Below are positions 24,535-36,330 of a DNA stretch of 64,000 nt, one piece after another. How positions within the stretch are numbered: position 1 is the first letter of the stretch; each line of letters opens with the position of its first letter. Source of the stretch: Podarcis erhardii (taxonomy: Eukaryota); NCBI GenBank assembly GCA_964252035.1, contig CAXUOO010000087.1, one strand, 5' to 3'. The notes beneath the pieces are model-generated. The model saw only the letters and a list, made by a program, of their open reading frames with translations. It did no database searches and had not been told where the DNA came from. Both the position numbers and the translations under genes were made by a program.

Positions 24535-24829
24535 TATGTATTTGCACTGTGAGCGCAGCAGCAGAAATGCTGCATACATAGATAGATTTATTACAGCGTG
24601 CACTTCACGCTTGTTGCTGCTGATGGCTTTCGAGTGAAGAGGAAAATCATGAAAGTTCCTGAAACAAAACCTTAAGTCTGCATCATGTGTGGAGCTGTGC
24701 ACTGGCTCTTTTGGCATGCGATGCGATTGCAAGAGCACTCGCTTAGAGACAAACAAATTGAGTTTTCGTTTGAGCATTGTCAGAAGCAGAGCAGCACTAG
24801 TAGCACAGTTAGCAGCAGTAGTGACTGGT

Positions 24830-27800
24830 TTAGTTCGCATCAACAACAGAAGGAACTGGAGCAGTAGACTGACAGTGGTTGCAAAGCAACAGCAGCAAGT
24901 GCAGCAGTTCCTTCACATTCGTTGTTTCTGCGAAAAACGCAGCGACGCGCATTAGCAGCCACTGAGGCAGTCTAGACCTTTTTTCTCGTGTTTCACCAGT
25001 TAGAGCAGAAGTCCCAGTTTGAGCAACAGAAGCGTTAACGAGAACAGGTGTGACAACAGCGGCACTAGCAGCAGAACTGCAGGAGACTTGAGCAGCAGTA
25101 GCTGCAGCGTGCACAGCGTGCACATTGAAGGCAGCTTGCTTGCAGCGATGATAGTCGTGCTGTCGCTGCTGCAACTCTGAAACCCGAATTTGCAGCTGCT
25201 GCAGTTGTTCAAGTAGCAGACTTGCGTCTTCTACACTGTCAGTCGTCGTACAGCAGGGCACACACCCAGAACACACGAGGTTGACGGACGAACTTCCGTT
25301 TTTTTCTCCAGAAAATTCAGCACTTTGCTGCTGCTGCTTCGTCTGTAGACCTCGTCGCTGCATGCTTGTTCCTCCTCCTCCTCCAGCTTGCGGCTGCAGT
25401 TCTCCACCACCTTGGGTTTTTTGCATCAGTCGCTGCTGTGTAGCAACTCCTCCTTTTTGCTGAATTTTGAGCGGCAACTGCCTCCTCTCTTGCTTCTGCA
25501 CTTGAACGTCGATGACGAGCTGCAGCAGATTTGCATACGAGAAATGGAAAGCAGTCGCAAGCACGCGTGAGTGCTGCTGCGCTATAAGCGGGATACATAG
25601 TCCGTGAAGAAACGCTTGTAGAGGCGGGAGGCCGAACGAGCCCAACACATTCTTTACTTTCTCCGAGAATCGACGAAGCTGCCCCAAAGCAGCAGGAGTC
25701 AGCTGCAGCTGCTTATGCTGCTGCTGCTTGTTCCCCTGTCTTGTGTCATGAAAAGATGGCACCAACAGCAGCTGCTGCTTCTTCTTCTCCAGTTGCTCCG
25801 TTGACGGTCGTCGACGTTGTTTTTTTTTCTTTTGAAAGAGCAACTTGAGCTGCTGAGGCTCTTCCGCTGCTGGTGCATGCACGGAGGAGCAAAGTGGCAG
25901 TGAGTCGCTCGTAGCTGTCTTCGAAGTTGCTGGGTTGCTGAGTGCGCCTCTTCGCTGTCCTTCACACTCAGAGGAGACTTTCATCTGCAGTCTGCAGCTG
26001 TTCTTGTTAAACTCGTTCGAAGCACTGAATCGAGTGCAGCTGCTTTCACAGCTGCTGTCGCTGGATTCTGGGGGTGGTTGGGGACTGCAGCAGCAGTTGA
26101 TACTTTTTCTGCTGTGGTGTTGTGTTTGAGCGGCACTTCTTCTTTCTGTCTTGCCCTTGATTTTCTGCTGTTCGCAACAAGTTCCACTGTTTCTGTCTAG
26201 TGGGCTGTTACTGCTAGTGGTGGTGCAAGTGGGCTCGTCCTCAGTGCCCCCAAAAAAAGCAGCAGCAGTAGTAGTAGTAGCAGTAGTAGTAGTAGTACGA
26301 GCAACAACAACAGCAGCAGCTGCAGGTGTGTGGTTTTGCTGCAGTTTTTCTTCCAACTGCTGCTGCTGCGTCCCCAAACGAACACAACACGGCTCTTGCT
26401 CTTGCTTTTGCTGATGATGATGAAGAGGATGATGCAGAGACGGCTTTGAACTGGCTGATTTCTGTTTCTCAAACTTGGACTTGTGCGTAGAAAGCGGGAG
26501 TGCTGCTGACTGTGGCGACTGCAAAAGAAAAGCAAGCAAGTCAGCCGGCGAGCGCCACAGTGCGTTTGCATGCAGTTGCTGAAGGAGTCTGCGAGAAGGC
26601 AGAGGTTTCAAGTTGAAGCCCAGCAGCATGCGTTCAGCAGCAGCAGCAGCTTGTCCGAAAAGGTTTCAAGTTGAAGCCCAGCAGCATGCGTTCAGCAGCA
26701 GCAGCAGCTTGTCCGAAACAGTCCTCTTCCTCGCAGACACTGCAGACGCATAGGGGAAACCGCGCAAGTGGCAGTCGACGCTGACGAAAAAACTGCTGCA
26801 CCTGCTTTTTCTTGACTGTTGTTGTCGTAATGGTGGTGCTGACTGTAAATCTCACTGCCTCGGTTCCTCACACTCCTCGATTTGCATGCAGCAGCCCCGC
26901 CCTTTCCCCCTACTCCTCCTCCTGCTACTGCGACTGCTACTAGAGGCCCTCCGCAAGAGGGACAAGTTTGGGGCGAAAACGAAGGCAGCGCCTTCAAAGT
27001 CTGCACAGGCTCTGTGCGTGGAGAAATTGCCTGCTCTTTCCTCTCCCTCAACCACACCAAGGGCCTGCTGAAATGCTGCTGCTGCTGCGTTTTCTGCTGC
27101 TGCTGCGTTTTCTGCTGCTGCTGCGTTTTCTGCTTGATGCCGAGAACGGCGGGAACCACTCCGCCGACGAGGTGTACGTACACCTGGTCTCCGGGCTGAA
27201 GCAGGCGCAGGGCCTCGGCTTGTCCGCAGCTGACACTGCGTGCATGCAGAGGGCCCAGCCGGACTGGTTTGAGAGTCGCGACTTTGCGCAGTCTGCCGCT
27301 CAAGCTGACAGCGTAGTCTACTGCTTGCACTTCAGCGCATGCAACTGGCTGCGGAAACTTGAAGGCCACTGCCCAGTGAGGCGAGCGACGCGAACTCAGC
27401 AGCAGCTGCTGCTGCTCTAGAGCTGCTGCTTTGAAGACTACGCCGTCGAGAGGAGTGTCTTCTACTGAAGGCCCCAACAACAGTGGAGCGAAGAGAGAGT
27501 CTGCAGCTGCAGCTTCGCTCGAAGAGCTGCTGAGGCGAGGGCGACTGTGGCTGTCTTTGACTTTCGACGCTGTCTCCCTGCTGCTCTGGTTTCTGCTGTC
27601 TGCGTCGCTTCTGCCCGACGAGGAAAAACCCGGAAAAAACACAGAAAGTGGGCTTTTTTCCCTGCTTTTCGACTCCACTCGCTCCTCTCTCTGACTGCTC
27701 CGCGTGCTGTCCTCTACCTGCGGATCTACACGAAATCGCTGCTGCTGTTGCTGTTCAAACTGCTGTTCAAACTGCTGTTCAAACTGCGGTTCAAACTGCG

Positions 27801-30800
27801 GTTCAAACTGGAGCTGGAAGCCGGGGTTCAGAAACTCCTGCTGAGAAGAGGACTGCGGCTGCTCCAGAGACTGTCCACTTTGCTGCTTTTTCTCGGTGAA
27901 AGTCCGCAGTTGCTCCGCCTGTTGCGGAAGAAAACGCATGCAGTCGTGGACAGTGAGTGGCTCTTCTTTTTTCTCGGGAAACTGCATCTGTCCCTGCTGC
28001 TGCTTCAGAAAACTGGCCAGTCTCCGCTGCTGCTGCTGCTGGTTTCGGGCGAAAAAGCAGGCAAATGTCTGACAGTCTTGGAGAGTGTGGCACAACTGAG
28101 CGTGGAAAAACAAAGGCGTCAAAAAGCCTGCTTCTTGCAGCAGCAGCAATAGTTGTCTTTGTGAGGCAACTGGCACTTCCAAAGCCAGTTGGTTTCCACA
28201 CCTCTTTTCTTCCGCTTTCTTCGGCTTCTCCAACTCCTCCACTTCTTCACCTCGCTGTGATGGTGCAACTAGTCGTGGCTGATGTGGCTCTTTCTTTTTT
28301 TCTTGTAGCAGTTTTAGCTGCTGTGAGTGTAGCTGAGGTGGTGGCTCTGAGTGTGGTGGCTGCAGCGCTCGTTGTGAGGACTGTGAATGGACTCTTTCGT
28401 TGAGGACCCTTTTTGTCGCTTTTCGCTGCTTTGGAGACTCTGAAAATGCATGCGCTGCTTCTGCATCCGAAGCAGGAGCAGCAGCAACGGCAGCGGAATT
28501 CTCTGCAGTTGCGCCTGTTGTGGGTTTCGTTGAGACTGCATGCAAAGAAGCCTTTCCAGCAGCAGCAACAGCACAAGAGTCAGCACACAAAGCAGACTCA
28601 GAAAAGGGCACTGTTACACAAGAAGCCGAAGAGAAGTCGAAGGGCGGTGTGGTTGCCCAACTGCTTTGCGGAAAAAACGCAGCAGCAGATTGCTGGGAAA
28701 CCAGTGCAGTCTCAGTCGCTTTAGCTGATAGTAGAGCTTGAGCAGGCGTCGGAGCTTTAGCAGCAGCACCATTTGAAGAAGAGGGACCAACAACAGAGGA
28801 AAAACGAGGAGAAAGAACCCCGCTGAGACAAAGAGCTGCTTCAGTAGTAGGAGTCGTTGTTGCAGAAGAGGAAGAAGAAGAAAAAGCAGTACTACAAGCC
28901 GAAAAAACCCCATTCTTCATTTGGTCCTCACTGCTATTCAAGACAGACTTTGCTTCTGTGGAGAGTGTGGAGTCAACTTCTCTTCTTCGCTCCTTTTGCT
29001 TCTGCTCGGCTGTCCCTGCTACTACTCCTTCTTCTGCAGTCGACTCGAGGTGTATGTACACTTCGTTTCCGAATTTCGAGGAGCCGGTCGTTCGCGATTT
29101 CGGCGGGAGAAAAGAAGAAAAAGCTGCATGCGTCGGTTCCGCGAGGAAAGTGTCAGCATTTTTGAAAGACTTCTGCATTTTCGGTTGTTCTTGCTGTTGG
29201 AGCGGCTCTTCTACTAGCCCAAAAGCTACAAAATGCAGCAAGTCGCAGTGTTCAGCCGTACGAAGGAGGGCACTTGCTGCATGCCTTGCAAACACAAGAC
29301 GGTGAAAATCTGTCTTTTTTTGAGTGGAAGAAATTACGAAAACTGAGAGGTCTGGTGAGTTCTACATGCACTTGCGAGATTCTACATATGCATTGCACGT
29401 AAAAGAGGGACCCGAGATCGAAACAGAGAGTAGAATAGGGGATTTTGTTGTTTGAAAGGTAGTCAACACATGTATATATGTCTGTAGATATACGATACTT
29501 TACTTTTGTAGATATATATAGTGGTATGATATAAGCCTCTCTATCCACAATCTGCAGAAACACACACTGGAAAGGGGACAAATTCACACAGGAGAGACAC
29601 GTAGATGGGGTTGTCGCTCCTGATTGCTTCTTCTCTTCCTTAGTCAGCCACACATACACAGAAATTCATCCATAATATATACGTACAGGTGCCTACTTTT
29701 ATTCTCTTTCAGGTATATACAGTAGAGGCACTCACAAATATATACTGCTGCTAGCCTTTCACGCCGCTGCCACCACTGCTCTATACGCTGCTACGGTAGT
29801 TGCTCTTGTTGGTGCAGCGATTTCTGTTCAAACTCACTTTTATCGCAAAAAGCCCAATCAGCTGCTGCCATTACTGCTGTACTGTGTCAAACCACGGCTA
29901 CTATGACAGATTTATACATATATATATATATATATATATATTGTATTTTATGTATTGTTGGGAAACTGGATATATTCGAGCTAGGAGACGACACCGAGAC
30001 CCATTTTTCTCTCTTCTTGTTCTGTTTTATGTGCTGCTGTCTACTACTGGGTGTTACTATTCTTACTAGAACTGTAAAAGCAACTATCATTTCTCCTGCC
30101 ACAGTACCGAACCGACTAGTGTAACTCTTCTTAATGCTATGACTACTGGCTCCACTAGTCGTACGGGTCTCTATGCCAGCTGAGGCTCGTCTTAGCACTA
30201 CATATGGTGCTACAAACTAATATAAAGCTGCTGCTATTGTTGCAAGTATATAGAATATACTTGCATTGATCCTGCTGTTCTTGCAGTTGCTGCAGTAGCC
30301 TCAGCGCTGTTAGAAATATTCATGTGGCTGCTGCTGGACTTGCTGGTACTCGAATGAAGAAGTTGTTGCCACTAATTCACTTCTGTTATCAAACTAGCTG
30401 CTACTGCTGTCGCTGATTCACTCTTGGTGCAGCTCATATAAGTATATATAAGTTTTAGTTAGTACACCAGTTGTGTACACAGGGATTCTCTACATGAATA
30501 TATATATATATATATCCGTATAAATCTGATACAACTCTTCCTGTGTTTGTTTCTTCTATTGCTGTGACTACTACGAGCCCTTTACTATCTCCGTCAATTC
30601 TGTTGTAGTTCATACGACTATTACGACAACAACACCTACTATCAATATTACAACTACTGCAACTACTACTACTAATACTGCTACTTCTGCTACTACTGCT
30701 GCTTATTACAATTATTGCTAGGAATCTCACCTAACTACTACGACGATGCAGATTGTGAGAAGGAAAGTACACAAGTAAGGACATACATACTTGTACATCG

Positions 30801-33213
30801 ATAAATATATATATATATATATATGTATATACGTATGTTTATGTATATTAAAGGTGGAAAATTTCTTGCTGACAGTGAAGTTTTCACTGCTTACCGTGGA
30901 TGTAATATAGGGCGTTTTCCAGAAGCAGCCCTTCGCTCATTTAATATTTGCAAACTCGATAGTGTAATGAAAACCTCCCCTCTCACCTGGAAAACAGGAC
31001 GAGAAAACAAGTCAGCACGAGAAAGCATGCACGAAATTTTTTTAAGAAAAAAATATATATCTGTAGTATTTTTTCCGCATGTCTTCTTTCTTTACATTTC
31101 AGTGCGCAGTAGTTTTTATATACACGAGAAGAAGAATCTGCACCGTTTTAGACATGTAGTTGAGCGAACACAGCTGCTTGTGCCGCAGCAGCAGCAGCAG
31201 ATTTTCTAGGCAGCGGAAAATGTAAACAGACAAAGAGAGAGAAGACGCTAAATTGGACTACTTTTCCGCTCACCACGAGGTTGCAGCTGCTGCAATAGCT
31301 TGAGAGCTTCTCCTCATATATATATATATATACATGTGGTTGAGTAGCCAGCAAAGCCGGAAACGCGATAGTCCAACGCATGTGCAGGTTCAACATATAA
31401 AATCCCAATACCAATATATATATACATATATATATATATGTTATGGATATAGATTGTGAGAGAGAAAATGCGGGAGAAAAGAAAGAGAAGACTGACTGCA
31501 TTGTCCGCTCGCGTAAGTAGCACCATCATCGACAACTGCTGACTTCGCTATCCGCACAAGTAAGAGATTCCAAGCTTGTACAAACACCTAAAATTAGAAA
31601 TTTCTATATTTGAGTAGATAATACAAGTATGCGCGCAACAATGAGATATCTCTTTTTGCTTTACATGTGTGTGGTTATACTCGTATTGGAGAACTTCTTT
31701 TTCAGCATAGATGCATGCACATGCAGGCTCATCCTCCAGTCCCAATGATGCAGAGCCAAACATATGCAGATTTGGAGAGAAGCACGTCCACCTAGAAGTT
31801 GGACTGGTTTTTTAGATAAATTCAAGGTGGGGCAGAGCCTGATTATTACCTCCAAAGTAGTAATAACGCAGCCAGCAGAAAAGAAGCCTTCAACTGGAAC
31901 ACGTTTAGTAGCTTTAGCTGTGGGTGCCTTTGTTGTGCCTGTTTCAGCAAGTTTGAAAGACGTAGCACGAAAACTGAGAGGCAATTGGCCCGTTTGTGCA
32001 AGGCACTGAACAGCAGCAGTAACATCATCTCCTTGGAGCCCGTTGCCCCTCAATGCTGCATGCACTAAATTCCATTCAACAAAAGCTGCAGCAGCAAGTC
32101 CACCACCAGTCGCTGTTTTTGAGGCAGCAGCATCAACCACTCTACTAAAAGAGCTAGAAATCGAAGAAGGAAATGCAGCAAAAGGAAGAGGTGAGGACTT
32201 CACAGCAGCAACATTCAAAGGAACTTGAAGAGGAGGAGTAGTCTGGGAAGAAGGCGAAAGAGAGGCTGCTCGAACAGGTATGTAGCGAAGAGCGCATGCA
32301 ACGCCATCGAATTTGGGTTCTGCAAACAGAGGAAGTGGCAGCAAAAACGTCTCGTTTTCTGCTGCTGTGGTTCTTGAATCTGGTTTAGGGGTTAGTTTCT
32401 GCACTGTTGCAGTCCAGGCGGCTTCTGATGAATGTGCTGATGCGGCGATTTTTTTACTCCCGTTTTTAGCATCCGTAGATTTGCCCCCTCTTGCTTTCGC
32501 CAACCTGTCACAACAAATCTCAGAAACACTCACAGAACAAAGTAGAAAATGCGTAGACGCAGTCGCTTCTCTATCAAGTCAACTAAAGATACATAGAAAA
32601 GTCGACAGCTGATTTCTGCACGTTGGAGACCAGCTGAGACTGTCGTGTATGTACAGTGACACAGAGATCAGCGAAGAAGACTATGTGCATTATTCGATAT
32701 TGATTTCTACAAAAGATATACAAAAACGTTCTCTAGCACATTTTAAGCAGCTTTCTATCGTTCACAACTTCATCTTTTTTCGACAAACAACCGCACAAGT
32801 AGAAGTTGATTTCTGACACCAGATTATGCATGTATATATAAGGGTGCGCGAAACACCAAATAGTACACGTATGCATCCTTTGTCACTTGCATACGCGAGA
32901 ATCTCATACGCATTGGAAAAAGCGTATCATCAGTTTGGAAGAAAAAAGCACCTTGTTTCTTTTTTGCCTTCCCTGAACTCTTATGCTATCTCTCTGACTT
33001 TTAGAATCCTATGCAGGAATCATCAGAAACACTCAGATAAACTCTACAGGGGTACATAGACATATACAGATATATCCGAAATGTGTCTTTGGGTATGTAT
33101 ATGTGTTGGAGTAACGCAGAGTAGAAAGACGATTATGCCGACACAACTAGTTGACCATCAACATCTGATGCTATAAGCTCTACTCTGACTGAAATTTCAC
33201 CTACACTAGAAGT

Positions 33214-33261
<48 letters not shown>

Positions 33262-33376
33262 AAATATATAAAAGTAGGTGATTGAAATTTACGTATATAT
33301 GTATAATATATTTATATTATATATATATGTTTAAAGAATCAAAAACTTGTAGAAGCGCGTGCTGAACATTCGCACA

Positions 33377-33416
<40 letters not shown>

Positions 33417-34573
33417 GAACATGAAATATGCAGAAATGGGTGTTTGAGGTTGACAGATACTTACATATATGTGGAGTGCAGAAAAAGATGTAGAAGTTGG
33501 TGTATTAGACTTCCATATACATATGGGGTGTGGCGACTCTGCAATAACATATCTATGTTGCTCTAGAGTCGTGTATACTTTCATGTGTGTGTTAAATTGT
33601 ACACATGTACATCTCCTCTTTTTCCACAAATATACATAATAGCTGTATTACTTCTCAGTCATGCGCAGAATAAACTGGCAGAGACTTTGAAAGTCCCGAA
33701 CTGCGTCCAATGAGAGCATTGGCTCAATGTGCGTGTGCCGCACTTGTCTTCCAATGTTTGAAAGTTGCCGCTTCTCTGTCTCCAATAGCAGAAGAGAGGC
33801 CATGGTCTGCTTCGGTTGATTCAGAAGCTGAGCAGAACAATCTTGGCTTTCTTTCAGTGCTGCATTTGCTCTCACGCATGCTTTTTCCTCTGACTCAGCA
33901 GTGGCTTTTCTCTGAAAATTGCTGCTGCTGTTATGAAGGGGTGGTGGGCCAATATATTGAGAAGGACTGTGCTCATCTCGTAGAGCAGGAAAGCGCTGCA
34001 GCAGCACTCGCGACAATCAAACAGAAGCGCCACACTTTCTATGGAACCATCTGAAGTTTCTTTTCCTTCCACACATACACATGCGTTGCCTATAGATTGC
34101 GAATATGTGTTGTGTATGTACGTCTCGGAATCTGCGGTTTACGCAAAGCACATGTATTTATATCAAAAAAGCGAAGAACACACGCAACATCTTCTCACCG
34201 CTGTTCAGGTCTATGTGATGATATGGAAGACACATGACGATTCTCTCATATCAGCAGATCATCATTTTCACATAATCTCGATTCGTCGTGTACAGCTGTT
34301 GCTCTTCGCTCTCTACCCTCGAATTCCATAATCGTGCCTCATTCTCTAAGTCTTCGTATAGACATTTTTACATAGGAAGAGGTCGATTCAAATTACTTTG
34401 CTCAAGACTGGAACTACGAAAAATACAAAAGGCCAGCCACACTTCTTCTGCACATTTCACCCAGGTTCCTTCGTGTTAAATCCGGAAACAATCAAATATA
34501 TACACAATTAGTATTATGTAAGTTCCTTTAGCCTCGACCGCACCCTGAAATCACAAAATATACATATATATAA

Positions 34574-34604
<31 letters not shown>

Positions 34605-35651
34605 ATTTGTGAGCTTCGAACGTACTGTAGAAAGTAGATGTATATATTTGCAATCATATATGTTTTTATGTACTCTGAACTTTCACCAGCTGCGATTGAG
34701 ATGCATATGTAAGTAAGTATAACATATATACACCCGTGGATCGGCGAAGATAATTTTCTGTCTGCAATCATTCCAGGTTGAGTTGCTTCTGAGCCCTCGG
34801 AGTGTGGACATGCATAAAAATAATCAGCAAGGAGCATCCATACAGACACACACACATATATATTTGTCTAGGTATGTGAATCCTTTTCAGGCTCTTGATG
34901 AAATATTTTTCAGTGCTATATTATACAAGTGCACTAAGTACTGCTTTTTCAAGTTTCAAATTACACATGTGAAAAGTGAAAAAGATGTATACGTACTCGA
35001 CTTTATATGTGAGAGTTACATGTGAGTATGTATATCGTATATAGACGTGTGTCCTATAAATGTATTTACTTTTTCAATTTGCAAAAGTTTCTCCTTTAAG
35101 ACGTCATATACAGTGTCTGGCATGAGAGAGAGATCCCTTGAAAAATAAGCTTCGTCGCACATGTGCAACTGCTTGCGTAGATGCGCCCAGTCTCGCAGCT
35201 CTTCAGCCGTTGGATTTTCTCGTTCTGCTTCAGCTTTTCCTTCTTCTGTGAAAGGAAGTCCTGTTTCTTCTGCGGATGATACTGTATCTGGTTTCGTTGC
35301 CGTTTTTCGTATCGCTACCTTCACTGCTGCTGGTATTGCTGCAGCTGTTGTTGCTGATGAGGCTTCAAGTGGTGCACGTACTGCAAGTGTTCTGAATCGA
35401 AGCATCTGCAGCTGCCTGGCTGCTGTACCCGTTGCAGTTGATGCTGCTTCTGCTGTATTTGGTGCCAGAACTCCTCTGTTTGCTGCTGTACGGAAGGCCC
35501 TGCATCTACGCCATTCGCAGGAGTGAATATGTCGGTGCTGTTTCGATGGACAGAAAAAACTCAATTTTCTTACGTTGTATGCCGCTAGTTCTGCTGCATA
35601 ACATAATGGCTGCAGCTGCTTCATCTGCTGCAGCACGAACAACTGCCGCAT
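24830..35651 (-). CDS. ligA: NAD+-dependent DNA ligase (bacterial LigA family), ~1990 aa, six exons: 35651-35070, 33995-33652, 32504-31850, 30986-30895, 29284-26872, 26780-24830 (the last contains a 58-bp duplication that breaks the frame as assembled)
   Basis: All LigA modules appear in order after splicing. Domain Ia: LRKQL..CDEAYF..D...PDTVYD and SPSQYIG. Then HIEPMLSLD; motif I EPKFDG (32303-32314); LRGNGLQGDDVT; motif III LE|VRGEV; HPR|HAASALLR; IIIa LHFVAFG; SQRQLL.LL.EAGF; motif IV PLDGVVFK; motif V PHWAVAFKFP; OB-fold (KVATLKPVRLG, PGDQVYV..VGGVVP); Zn finger CPSC...CEEEDC; HhH blocks SPADLL, LQAFLHGLCIPLI, VAAFFA. Phases match at all introns, and the summed CDS without the duplication is 5979 nt, a multiple of 3. 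The exon-3 acceptor and the 91-nt intron 5 are the least certain boundaries. Confidence 0.92.
26603..26718. repeat. Perfect 58-bp tandem duplication inside the ligase last exon
   Basis: AGGTTTCAAGTTGAAGCCCAGCAGCATGCGTTCAGCAGCAGCAGCAGCTTGTCCGAAA occurs at 26603-26660 and 26661-26718. Confidence 0.95.
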
Positions 35652-35889
35652 TGCTGCTGTTCTTGCAGCACAAAGCACCTATCGTGGCTTTGCTGTTGCT
35701 AAAAAGCAGATACTACTCATGCTCTTACTACAAGAAGCGCTGCAATGCTAAGCTGCATGCTGTGCTCTACTCTACCAGATATGCCGTCTCCTCCACCAGC
35801 CATTGATAGCAATGTGACTGTCGCTGCCACTGCTGCTTATTCTTCTGCTGTTGCTCCTGCTCCGGTTGCTTTCACTATTACGGTTACAT

Positions 35890-36330
35890 CTATGGCTGCT
35901 GCCACTATCACTGCTGCTGTGGTTGCTGCCACTACTACTGTTACCGCTATATGAATGCTGCCACTGTTACTGTTATTGCTATGTTTGCTGCCACTACTAT
36001 GTACAGCTATGGCTGCTGCCACTACTACTGTTAGTAGTAGGACTGCGCTGCCAACACTACTTACGTTACTGCTATGGGTGCCCTGCCACTACTACTGTTA
36101 TTGCTTTGGGTGCACTGCCACTACTACTGTTATGTTCTGGGTGCCTTGCCACTATCACTGTTACTGCTTTGAAGGGGGCCCTGTCTCTATCACTATACTG
36201 TCATGGCTGCCCTGCCACTAACACTGTTACTGCTATGTAAGTCCTACCACTACTACTGCAACTGGCATGGATGCTTTTGCTTTTACCAGTATTGCTGCTA
36301 TCGATGCTCTGCCACTACTACTGTTACTGC
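35890..36330. repeat. Degenerate ~30-33-bp minisatellite (about a dozen copies) upstream of the ligase gene
   Basis: Recurring (GCTAT)GG(G/C)TGC(C/T)(C/G)TGCCACTA(C/T)(T/C)ACTGTTA-like units. Confidence 0.65.

Noticed and set aside
10392-29305. Many overlapping antisense or alternate-frame ORFs (poly-C/L/A/S) in the ORF track
   Set aside because: Shadows of CAG/CTG repeats, which lack stop codons in most frames.
30241-30265. 10-bp inverted repeat TGCAAGTATA-N5-TATACTTGCA in a ligase intron
   Set aside because: Short and AT-rich; plausible by chance in 64 kb and not a meaningful terminator in a eukaryotic intron.
24830-35651. Ligase as bacterial contamination or chimeric assembly
   Set aside because: Motifs are split by five GT-AG introns, several with host-type (TA)n repeats, and are interleaved with host-type CAG insertions.
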